From Macrostomum hystrix (lineage: Eukaryota > Animalia > Platyhelminthes), in the NCBI GenBank assembly GCA_950097015.1, contig CATNEN010000038.1, forward strand, positions 8,370,001 to 8,434,000: a DNA stretch of 64,000 nucleotides, written 5' to 3'. Positions 23,030-34,213 of the stretch are shown here, one piece after another. The position numbers and the translations under genes are program-made. The notes under the pieces were generated by a model. The model had not been told where the DNA came from, made no database searches, and saw only the letters and a program-made list of their open reading frames with translations. Positions within the stretch are counted from its first letter, which is position 1. Every line of letters begins with the position of its first letter.

Positions 23030-24286
23030 CTGTTAGATAATGTCTCCTAACAGAATAGTTCTACTTGTTAGACAGGTTTGTCTTCTAACAGAATGGTTTT
23101 ACCTGTTAGTTTGGTTTGTCTCCTAATAGAAAGGTTTTACCTGTTAGTTTGGTTTGTCTCCTAATAGAAAGGTTTTACCTGTTAGTTTGGTTTGTCTCCT
23201 AATAGAAAGGTTCTACCTGTTAGTCAGGTTTGTCTCCTAATAGAAAGGCTCTACCTGTTTGTCAGGTTTGTATCCTAATAGAAAGGTTCTACTTGTTAGT
23301 CAGGTTTGTCTCCAAATAAAATGGTTCTACTTGTTAGACAGGTGTGTCTCCTAAAAGAATGTTTCTACTTGTTAGACAGGTGTGTCTCCTAACATAAAGG
23401 TTCTACCCGTTAGACAGGTGTGTCTCCTAAAAGAATGGTTCTACTTGTTAGACAGGTGTGTCTCCTAACATAAAGGTTCTACCCGTTAGACAGGTGTGTC
23501 TCCTAAAAGAATGGTTCTACTTGTTAGACAGGTGTGTCTCCTAACATAAAGGTTCTACCCGTTAGACAGGTGTGTCTCCTAACATAAAGGTTCTACCCGT
23601 TAGACAGGTGTGTCTCCTAAAAGAATGGTTCTACTTGTTAGACAGGTTTGTCTCCTAACATAAAGGTTCTACTTGTTAGACAGGTGTGTCTCCTAACATA
23701 AAGGTTCTACCCGTTAGACAGGTGTGTCTCCTAAAAGAATGGTTCTACTTGTTAGACAGGTGTGTCTCCTAACATAAAGGTTCTACCTGTTAGACAGGTG
23801 TGTCTCCTAACATAAAGGTTCTACCTGTTAGAAAGGTGTGTCTCCTAAAAGAATGGTTCTACTTGTTAGACAGGTGTGTATCCTAACAGGAAGATTGTAT
23901 CTGTTATTCAGGTTTGTCACCTAATAGAATGTTTCTACCTGTTAGACACGTGTCACCTAATAGAATGTTTCTACCTGTTAGACACGTGTCACCTAATAGA
24001 ATGTTTCTACCTGTTAGACACGTGTCACCTAATAGAATGTTTCTACCTGTTAGACACGTGTCACCTAATAGAATGTTTCTACCTGTTAGACACGTGTCAC
24101 CTAATAGAATGTTTCTACCTGTTAGACACGTGTCACCTAATAGAATGTTTCTACCTGTTAGACACGTGTCACCTAATAGAATGTTTCTACCTGTTAGACA
24201 CGTGTCACCTAATAGAATGTTTCTACCTGTTAGACACGTGTCACCTAATAGAATGTTTCTACCTGTTAGACACGTGTCACCTAATA
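23030..24286. repeat. 36-bp minisatellite between TRAPPC6 and TRUB2
   Basis: Unit GTTAGACACGTGTCACCTAATAGAATGTTTCTACCT; variants arranged in zones. Confidence 0.95.
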
Positions 24287-24602
24287 AATTTGGACCCTCA
24301 ATGGCTGCAGGGTCAGAATCTCTTAGCCGTGAGAATTGTTAAAAGAACTCTAACAGCAGGATAAACTAAACAAAAGTCAGTAACTGCACATTGGCTACTA
24401 TTATAGATTTGAATTATATAGTATACTTGCAGTTATAGCAGAGAGATTTACAGTAAATAAATGAGTCAAAAGCAGCCAAAATTTACGCAAGAATTTAGTG
24501 CACAAAATTTCGAGTGAGTCTTAAATCAGAGATGCTTAAATACTTGGCTAACAATATGATCACACAATTATGCCCCAATAAAATTAACTGCCTCTGCAGT
24601 CT

Positions 24603-27600
24603 TTAAGGCGCGTCAGCCAAATGGATCTGAAATTTAACCCTGGGCAGTTCCTCGACCTCGGCGGTCACCACCGCCCGCAAGCCCAGATTGGTGAGGGCGC
24701 CGCGGATCAGGCCGCAGGGAAACGCTGTGTACAGGTGGCAGCGGTCCAGGTACTGCTTGCCTGTTTGGGTTAGAAAAGTTGCTAAATATAGAATAGGTTA
24801 AAAAGGTACCAGAACCACTTAAGTCGTGACACAAGCGTTTGAGCAGTTAGAGAAGCGTTTAAGTCGTAAAAGAAGCGCTTGAGTCGTTCGAGAATCCTTT
24901 GAGGTCGTTAGAGAAGCGTTTGAGTCGTTAGAGAAGCGTTTGAGTCGTTAGAGAAGCGATTGAGTCGTTAGAGAAGCGTTTGAGTCGTTAGAGAAGCGAT
25001 TGAGTCGTTAGAGAAGCGTTTGAGTCGTTAGAGAAGCGATTGAGTCGTTAGAGAAGCGATTGAGTCGTTAGAGAAGCGTTTGAGTCGTTAGAGAAGCGAT
25101 TGAGTCGTTAGAGAATCCTTTGAGTCGTTAGAGAATCCTTTGAGTCGTTAGAGAAGCGTTTGAGTCGTTAGAGAATCCTTTGAGTCGTTAGAGAATCCTT
25201 TGAGTCGTTAGAGAATCCTTTGAGTCGTTAGAGAATCCTTTGAGCCCTTAGAGAAGCGTTTGAGTCGTTAGAGAATCCTTTGAGTCGTTAGAGAATCCTT
25301 TGAGTCGTTAGAGAATCCTTTGAGTCGTTAGAGAATCCTTTGAGTCGTTAGAGAATCGTTTGAGCCCTTAGAGAAGCGTTTGAGTCGTTAGAGAATCCTT
25401 TGAGTCGTTAGAGAAACCTTTGAGTCGTTAGAGAAGCGATTGAGTCGTTAGAGAACCGTTTGAGCCGTTAGAGAGAAGCTTTTGAGTCGTTAGAGAGAAG
25501 CTTTTGAGTCGTTAGGAAAAGCTTTTGAGTCGTTAGAGAGAAGCTTTTGAGTCGTTAGAGAAGCGTTTGAGTCGTTAGAGAAGCGATTGAGTCGTTAGAG
25601 AAGCGTTTGAGTCGTTAGAGAAGCGTTTGAGTCGTTAGAGAAGCGTTTGAGTCGTTAGAGAAGCGTTTGAGTCGTTAGAGAAGCGTTTGAGTCGTTAGAG
25701 AAGCGTTTGAGTCGTTAGAGAAGCGTTTGAGTCGTTAGAGAAGCGTTTGAGTCGTTAGAGAAGCGATTGAGTCGTTGGAGAATCGTTTGTGTCGTTAGAG
25801 AACCGTTTGAGTCGTTAAAGAACCGTTTGAGTCGTTAGAGAAGCGTTTGAGTCGTTAAAGTACCGTTTGAGTCGTTAAAGTACCGTTTGAGTCGTTAGAG
25901 AATCCTTTGAGTCGTTAGAGAACCGTTTGAGCCGTTAGAGAGAAGCTTTTGAGTCGTTAGAGAGAAGCTTTTGAGTCGCTAACGAAGCCTTTAAATCGTT
26001 AGAGAGAAGCGTTTGAGTCTTTAGAGAAGCGTTTGAGTCGTTAGAGAAGCGATTGAGTCGTTAGAGAATCGTTTGTGTCGTTAGAGAAGCTTTTGAGTCG
26101 TTGGGAAAAGCTCTTGTGTCGTTAGAGAAGCGTTTGAGTCGTTAGAGAAGCGATTGAGTCGTTAGAGAATCGTTTGTGTCGTTAGAGAAGCGATTGAGTC
26201 GTTAGAGAATCGTTTGTGTCGTTACAGAATCCTTTTAGTCGTTAGAGAAGCTTTTGAGTCGTTGGGAAAAGCTCTTGTGTCGTTAGAGAACCGTTTGAGT
26301 GGTTAAAGAACCGTTTGAGTCGTTAGAGAAGCGTTTGAGTCGTTAAAGTACCGTTTGAGTCGTTAAAGTACCGTTTGAGTCGTTAGAGAATCCTTTGAGT
26401 CGTTAGAGAACCGTTTGAGCCGTTAGAGAGAAGCTTTTGAGTCGTTAGAGAGAAGCTTTTGAGTCGCTAACGAAGCCTTTAAATCGTTAGAGAGAAGCGT
26501 TTGAGTCTTTAGAGAAGCGTTTGAGTCGTTAGAGAAGCGATTGAGTCGTTAGAGAATCGTTTGTGTCGTTAGAGAAGCTTTTGAGTCGTTGGGAAAAGCT
26601 CTTGTGTCGTTAGAGAAGCGTTTGAGTCGTTAGAGAAGCGATTGAGTCGTTAGAGAATCGTTTGTGTCGTTAGAGAAGCGATTGAGTCGTTAGAGAATCG
26701 TTTGTGTCGTTACAGAATCCTTTTAGTCGTTAGAGAAGCTTTTGAGTCGTTGGGAAAAGCTCTTGTGTCGTTAGAGAACCGTTTGAGTGGTTAAAGAACC
26801 GTTTGAGTCGTTAGAGAAGCGTTTGAGTCGTTAAAGTACCGTTTGAGTCGTTAAAGTACCGTTTGAGTCGTTAGAGAATCCTTTGAGTCGTTAGAGAACC
26901 GTTTGAGCCGTTAGAGAGAAGCTTTTGAGTCGTTAGAGAGAAGCTTTTGAGTCGCTAACGAAGCCTTTAAATCGTTAGAGAGAAGCGTTTGAGTCTTTAG
27001 AGAAGCGTTTGAGTCGTTAGAGAAGCGATTGAGTCGTTAGAGAATCGTTTGTGTCGTTAGAGAAGCTTTTGAGTCGTTGGGAAAAGCTCTTGTGTCGTTA
27101 GAGAAGCGTTTGAGTCGTTAGAGAAGCGATTGAGTCGTTAGAGAATCGTTTGTGTCGTTAGAGAAGCGATTGAGTCGTTAGAGAATCGTTTGTGTCGTTA
27201 CAGAATCCTTTTAGTCGTTAGAGAAGCTTTTGAGTCGTTGGGAAAAGCTCTTGTGTCGTTAGAGAACCGTTTGAGTGGTTAAAGAACCGTTTGAGTCGTT
27301 AGAGAAGCGTTTGAGTCGTTAAAGTACCGTTTGAGTCGTTAAAGTACCGTTTGAGTCGTTAGAGAATCCTTTGAGTCGTTAGAGAACCGTTTGAGCCGTT
27401 AGAGAGAAGCTTTTGAGTCGTTAGAGAGAAGCTTTTGAGTCGCTAACGAAGCCTTTAAATCGTTAGAGAGAAGCGTTTGAGTCTTTAGAGAAGCGTTTGA
27501 GTCTTTAGAGAATCGTTTGTGTGGTTAAAGAACCGTTTGAGTCGTTAGAGAATCGTTTGTGTCGTTAGAGAAGCGATTGAGTCGTTAGAGAATTGTTTGT

Positions 27601-28423
27601 GTCGTTACAGAATCCTTTTAGTCGTTAGAGAAGCTTTTGAGTCGTTGGGAAAAGCTCTTGTGTCGTTAGAGAACCGTTTGAGTCGTTAGAGAAGCGATTG
27701 AGTCGTTAGAGAATCGTTTGTGTCGTTAGAGAAGCGATTGAGTCGTTAGAGAATCGTTTGTGTCGTTCCAGAATCCTTTTAGTCGTTAGAGAAGCTTTTG
27801 AGTCGTTGGGAAAAGCTCTTGTGTCGTTAGAGAACCGTTTGAGTGGTTAAAGAAGCCTTTAAATCGTTTGAGAAGCCTTTGAGTCGTTAGAGAGGCGTTG
27901 AGTCGTTAAAGAAGCGTTTGAGTTGGTAGAAAAGCATCTGTCAGTTGATTTAAGGCAAATCAAACGTGCTCATCTGAGTCGCCGCCACCACAGACGACTC
28001 AGTGCGCATCATCAAGAATCCATAAGCCTCACCTCTGGCCATTGGTACCAACAGCGAGAATTTCTCGTCAATGACAACATACACGCCCTGGTGATTTGTC
28101 TTCAGATTGTCAACCTGCTTTCGAAACAGACTAGCCCAGAAATCTTTGCAGAGAAATTTTACTTTCTCCAGGTCGTCGCGAAACCTGGGCAAATCTTTGG
28201 TCATCTTTTCAACATAGGCCTGGCCAACACGAAAGCCCAGCAACTCCAGCTTGGCCAGCTGCGCCCGCGACTGCTGCGGCGTGGTGGCGACGCCGCTGCC
28301 ACCGCCGCCTCCAGCCTCTGTCATCTGTTCGCGCAACAGGAAGCTGACTAATTCCGAGTGCAGAAACTGGAATGCGACCTCCGCTCCAGCAGCCGCAGCC
28401 GCCGAAGCATCCGCTGTGGATGC
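24603..28423 (-). CDS. TRAPPC6: TRAPP complex subunit 6 (Trs33); start codon not within these exons
   Basis: Exons 28423-28033 and 24760-24603 (phase 1): 'AFQFLHSELV...KLELLGFRVGQ...VKFLCKDFWASLFRKQVDNLKTNHQGVYV...GKQYL...FPCGLIRGALTNLG...VTAEVEELPRVKFQI'. A candidate ATG micro-exon lies at 28757-28764. Confidence 0.92.
24834..27924. repeat. 20-bp satellite with a 488-bp higher-order repeat (TRAPPC6 intron)
   Basis: Unit GTTAGAGAAGCGTTTGAGTC; diagnostic variant AACGAAGCCTTTAAATC recurs at 25981, 26469, 26957 and 27445. Confidence 0.95.
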
Positions 28424-29149
28424 CTGGAATAGGTATATAACCCAGCTATCAATTTAACTAATTTAACTAATGTTAAAAATTATTGTAAAAATGAATTATA
28501 TATTTCATTGCTCCATTTTACTCCATTTTAATGATTGGAATCAGTAGCAGTATACATTTTTTATCAATAAAAAATATGTACATTTAAAACAGGTAAAACT
28601 GATATGTGTTATTACTAACTTTTTATATTTCCTACCCTTTCATAGACTATTAACATCACTTTCTTGCAAAAACACGTCATATATTACTAGTAAAATGTAA
28701 TTCTTTAAAATATTTATAACAAACTTTATATATTAGTTTTTAGGGTCTACCACTACCATAACAACTAGAGATAAAACAGAATTTTGTTTTACCGATTCAG
28801 TAATTAGAGAGTTTTCAATGCATTAGCATTTGTCATGGATTATTTATAAAAATAGCTAACAAAACATATGTGCATGAATTTCATACATAAATTGATACAT
28901 TTTTCTGAAGTACAAAACTGTATAATAATTCTGGTCAGTAATTCAGTAAACCAATAAGTTTTGCTTGCTTAACCTATATTTGTTGGCCCATAAATATACT
29001 TTGTGGTCTTTTAGTCGCAATTATGCCTCAAGCAGAACAAACATCAAGAATGGTAGCTAAACCACTATTTGAAATTTGTGTTAATTATTTATTGGTCTTC
29101 TGAGGCCAGAAAAAAATAAGTAACCAAGTAGGATGCCACATAAGGTGTG

Positions 29150-30160
29150 CCCGATGAAAAAAGTGAGCCGCCGTTGTGGGTCAAAAGTGTCTCAACTCCG
29201 CTAAGTGCAGCACTCAGTTAGCTATTTTAAGAGGGGTAAGAGTTGAGACGCTTTAGCAACTTTTAACCCCAAATCTCAAACGCAGACTGCGATTTCGGGT
29301 CAAAAACGTCTTAAAAACGGATCATATGAGCCGCTTGAGCCGCCAGTTGGGGGTGGTGTACGTGGGGCGGGGGTTGGCGCATGGTTGTGTGTACATTACT
29401 GGGGTTGGGGTGGCAGGGAAACCCCAGCTGGTCATGTAGGTTATAGATGTCTTAAAAACTGGTCAATTATGACTGTGGCATCTCAAATGTTGTTTAAAGT
29501 TGTCAATACGGCTAAAGTGTTGGATAAAAGTGTAAAGAAGATTTTGAAAGAGTTATGTCGCACAAATAGTTATGCTTTTGTTTGCTATTATTGGTATTTA
29601 GAAAATTGTGATTATGTTAAGCGTAGCGTTTATTTAGTCATAGATATTTATATACGTATGTAAACACAATGGAAAAACAATCGGCCTATTAACTGGGATC
29701 CAGGGGGGGGTTGAACTAGCAATCCATTCAGTTTATTCTATCCAGTGGGATGGACTAGCAATCCATTCAGTTTATTCTATCCAGTGGGATGGACTAGCAA
29801 TCCATTCAGTTTATTCTATCCAGTGGGATGGACTAGCAATCCTTTAGCATCCATTGAGCAGTGCGAGCCACTTGAGACACTTAAACAGCCTTTGAGCGGT
29901 TAGAGCCACTTGAGCCAATTTTTAACATACTTGAGCCATCAAAAACATATGACCAACTTTTAAGCCGCATTAGCCTCGAGAGCCGCTGAAAAGTTAGGCA
30001 ACTTTTGCACAACTTTTTACACTTTAGACACTTCACCCGCACAGGTGGCTCTAAAATTCTTAAATACGGTCCAAACTGCCAAAAAAATGTGCATATACTG
30101 GTCAAGCTTCTCATATGAGCCGTAAATGAGCCACCACGGCGGCTATCAGAATTCATCGGG
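29150..30160. mobile_element. Non-autonomous TIR DNA transposon (CMC/EnSpm-like)
   Basis: Imperfect ~34-bp TIRs (CCCGATGAA......GCCGCCGT.GTGG.TCA), 3-bp flanking duplication GTG, many subterminal TGAGCC motifs, internal 40-bp tandem repeat at 29713-29842. The superfamily call is an inference. Confidence 0.7.
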
Positions 30161-30609
30161 GTGCTCTACTTTACCATAACTCTAATTGGACACTTGTGCA
30201 ATATGCACTGGGTGAATGAGCAAATTTTATAGTAATGGTGCGGATTTTTCGCGAGATCCATTGTGTTCATGTGTCAAACTAAAAATACACCTGCAGATGT
30301 CTTTAGATCAAGCTTTGTTTACTTTTCTGTTTCAAGTAATCCTTGGTGCCTTAATTTTGTGCTGTTGTATTTCAAGCCTATTTTACATAGTCAAATAGCA
30401 TTTGGATAAGAATTTTTTTTAACTTCGCTATTTGACAGTGACATGCAGTTCCGTTATGTGTGCTGTAAGTACTCGTAGTGAAAGTTTAGATACCAGTTTA
30501 AATATTACAGAGCTCAAAGCTGCATGTTAGAAAAGTCACTGAAATGTTCAATTGTAGCATATGCTTTATTTTTTAACTGCTTTTTTCAGCTATTGAGAAG
30601 CCCATCAAT

Positions 30610-31498
30610 CATATCTATGAAAAAAGCCAGAAATGTTACATGGAGAAACGATTGGCTGAATGAGATGGACAAAAATGGGGACAAAATCTCCGTATAGGCT
30701 ATTAGATGTGAAAGCAATGCGAATGCGAAACAAAAAAGGTCCACTGCAAATTGTGCAAGAAGGATTTTTCATAGAGACTGTTGAAACTTAGAAACTTTCT
30801 TAGAGACTCTGAAAAGCCTTTCTGAAGCTGCCAAACATAAGCGAATTTCTGTAGCTCAGATGAATTGCATGCCCCTTCCTGTACAGGTTCTGTCATGTGA
30901 CTCTGAAGGACCTTCAGGAGCTTGAGCTGTTCCTGGAAGTGCAGCCAAAAGTGTGGAGATTCTCTATGTTGCCAGAATTGTGCAGTTTTCTCTCTGAGGA
31001 CGACTTCGTGGATGATTTGTGTGTGAAGTGCCCTGACTAAAAAATTCCGAGTCAAATGCAAGTCGGTGCCACTAAAATTACCTACTTTTTGATGGACACG
31101 CTAATTCCCTACGTCAGAGAAATTGTGCTCACTGAGATTCGTGAAGCCAGTTTTTTTCTCTGCAAGTCAATGAGGCAAACAAAGGAAAGAAGTTTCTTGG
31201 CATCGTTGCTCGGTATCTTCCCAAGAATTCATTCAATGTCAAGGTTGTCTGCCTTGACCTACTGCAGCTGCAATCAACTACAGCGGAGCAGATTACCACA
31301 AAAAATTCAGAGGCAGTTAATTCCGCAGACCTGGTGAAGGCAAACTGTCTGTCCATCATGAGCGATAACTGCAATGCAATGCACGGATCGAAGAGTGGTG
31401 TTGTAGTGAGGCTTAAGACAGATGCGGGTTTCTCCAACATTGTTGATCTTGGTGGTTGTTCCCTTCATCGCATCACTAACGTTTCAAAGAAATGCTAG
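30610..31498 (+). pseudogene. Degenerate hAT-like DDE transposase
   Basis: Across stops and frameshifts: BED-like 'WRNDWL...VHCKLCKKDF', 'GATKITYFL', 'FSLQVNEANK', 'SIMSDNCNAMHGSKSGV' and the CxxH motif 'GCSLHRI'. Confidence 0.75.
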
Positions 31499-33418
31499 CC
31501 AAATCGCTCACTCTCAAAGTTCAAGCCAAGAAGCAGGCCAGCAAGGTCAAGTTTCAAGTTTGCAGGAGAAAATTGAGGAGGTTGGAAAGAAAGGTTGAAA
31601 AGAAAAGGAGTTAGAGGCCAAGCTTAAGGAGAAGGAGGTTGCCCACCAATTGCTATTAAATGTTCAGAGAGCCGAAGAGAAGTGGCAGCATGAAATTGAG
31701 ACGGTAATAAAGGAGCTCCACAAAATTCAGCAGTTCAAATTGAAAGAAGTGGAGCATGTGACCGAAAATGTGATCAAAGCAAAAGGCATCTGAACTAGCA
31801 CTGGCCAGCTTGGAAGCTGCGGGCACAGTGCCAGTATGATTGCCTGGGCATCAGTAATCAGCCTTAAATGACAGTGAATCACCGACATGTACATTTAACC
31901 CATTTGGCTACATTTATAATGAATCTATTATCACGCAGAACTGTTCTTTAATGATGCCAACTGTCTACAGCATGGCTTAAATCTCATTGCTCTGTTCAAA
32001 CCTAGATCTCATATTCTAAATAATCATGTATTGGCTGGCCATTAATTCTGTTCTATTGCTAAGTTAGCAGTAGGTCTTGTCTAACTTCCTGCTGATTTTG
32101 TAATCCCTTAAATTTTATTGTAATTTGTAAACTGGAATAAAATATGAAAACTAAAATGCTACAAATATTTTGTTTGTAATCCTTGGCTACTGGAATCATA
32201 AATTTCAGAAAACAATGTAAGCTGTAGACTAAAATAGACTGTTAGGTAGTTGTAGTTGCATTAAACATCAACAGTTTGTATTTTTGCAGATATTTTTGTC
32301 ACAGTGTACCGCATGCCTAAAAATTACAGTGCACCCTTTACAAAGTTGTGCGCGTTATATGATTTTGAGCTAGGTGCCAAAAATTAGTCAGGTGCAGGTG
32401 ATTAGTCAGTTTAATTTTTTATAAAAGTCTATATTGATTGATTCCACATAGAAGATAATTTAATTTATGCATGGGAAATTTCTGACAACTGATGTATAGT
32501 ACACATAGTGCACAAAACATTTGAAACCATTTTTGGTGCATAGCATAGAAGATCATAACGGGATGAAAATGCTCCAAAAATTACCATACTTTAGTTCATA
32601 CTAAAGTATACTAAAGTAGTTCATACTAGAATGTCACTTCATAGTAGTGTGCACAAAACCACCAATTTAGGGCTAGCCAGTAAATTTTAAAGATTTTTTC
32701 AAAACTCCAACCACTTGTGACTTTTGATGTAGGCCTGCACAAAGCATGATCCTATCTCTAGTCTACATTAGGGTTTTAAAATTTAAATTTATACTATCAT
32801 TGAGAATACAGACTAAGCAATATATAAAACTGAAATTTGTGCAAGATTTATACAATTTTTAATTTTATATAATTTTTTTATTAATAAATTCTGGATTAGC
32901 TAGATTTAATTGATTTATAGATATAATATCAATAGCACAGGTAAAGCATTTTTCTATCTATAATGTAGTTATTATGTGTGATATCTTTTCTTTTACAATA
33001 TAATATATCATTTTATCATGTTTATAATTTGCATATATAGGCTTTAGCATATATAGGCTAAAGCTTAAATAAAGAACTGCTAGACCTAACCCCAACATAA
33101 TTTTCAAAAGTTGAAAATGTCTATTTTCAAATAGTTAGATGCCAGCTAACAATGTCATCTAAAAGCCAATGTATGTTATATCTAACATGTCTTGTTATAT
33201 ATATGTTATACATGTTATAACTGTATTAAACAATCTTGTTAGCTGAAGTAGCCCATAGTCCGGAAGATGGCATGTACCCGAGAAACTTCCTGGGTACACA
33301 AAAAAAATTTGGCATACATGTTGGCATACAAAAAGTGATTTTAGGACTTTTGGCATACATCTTTGGCATACATTGTGACATACACAAAAAATTAAACAAG
33401 TTACATACATTATTGATA

Positions 33419-34096
33419 GGAAGTGCTTATTCCCACGGTCCCGTGCCGATAATTTCAGTTTTATCCACATGGATCCATGCCAATAATTTTCTGCTTATCC
33501 ACATGGCAGCTTGTCTGAATAGGTCTACTTTCAAGTCCCTACCTATTCTTCTCTGCGCATAATAAGGCTTTTGCTTCAGATTATAGTGTATAGTGTACAC
33601 TATCAATGCATAGTCTAAAAGAATAACAATGATGTATAATATGTGTGACGAGTGTTTGGTGCTGACTAGAATTCTGCTGGTTGACTTGTATGATTTTCTT
33701 TGATAGACTTTTTACTTTTTAAGTCAATACAATTCGAATGAACAAATGATGTAACATAACGATGACAAAAGATTTAGTAAGTTGTTATTAAAATAATTAA
33801 AAAGGATGACATTAATGTTGGTTAATGAATGTGTAGGTCGAAATGTAGAACACTGTTGTAACACACTGGCAACTTTGTCAATCTATTGGCTCGAGGGTTC
33901 AACAAAACGTTCAAACCTAAAAGGGCCTCATTTCAAAGAACAGATAAAATTGAAATTAATGGCACAGCATATTTATATAAAGAGTTGTAGACCTATTCAT
34001 ACAAGCTGCTATGTGGATAAGCAGAAAATTATCGGCATGGATCCGTGTGGATAAAATTGAAATTATTGGCATGGGACCGTGGGAATAAGCTCTGCC
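33419..34096. mobile_element. Mutator-like MITE (678 bp)
   Basis: ~110-bp TIRs (GGAAGTGCTTATTCCCACGGTCCC... / ...GGGACCGTGGGAATAAGCTCTGCC) and exact 9-bp TSD TTATTGATA at 33410-33418 and 34097-34105; lies ~120 bp beyond the GRDP-like stop codon. Confidence 0.88.
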
Positions 34097-34213
34097 TTAT
34101 TGATAATAGTCATAGTCGTAATAGTTATTTCTCATGCGCACCAATGCAATCAAGAACTACCAGGTCAGAATCGAGCGTCCTTAACCAGATTCTTAAAATC
34201 TTAAAACTTTAAG

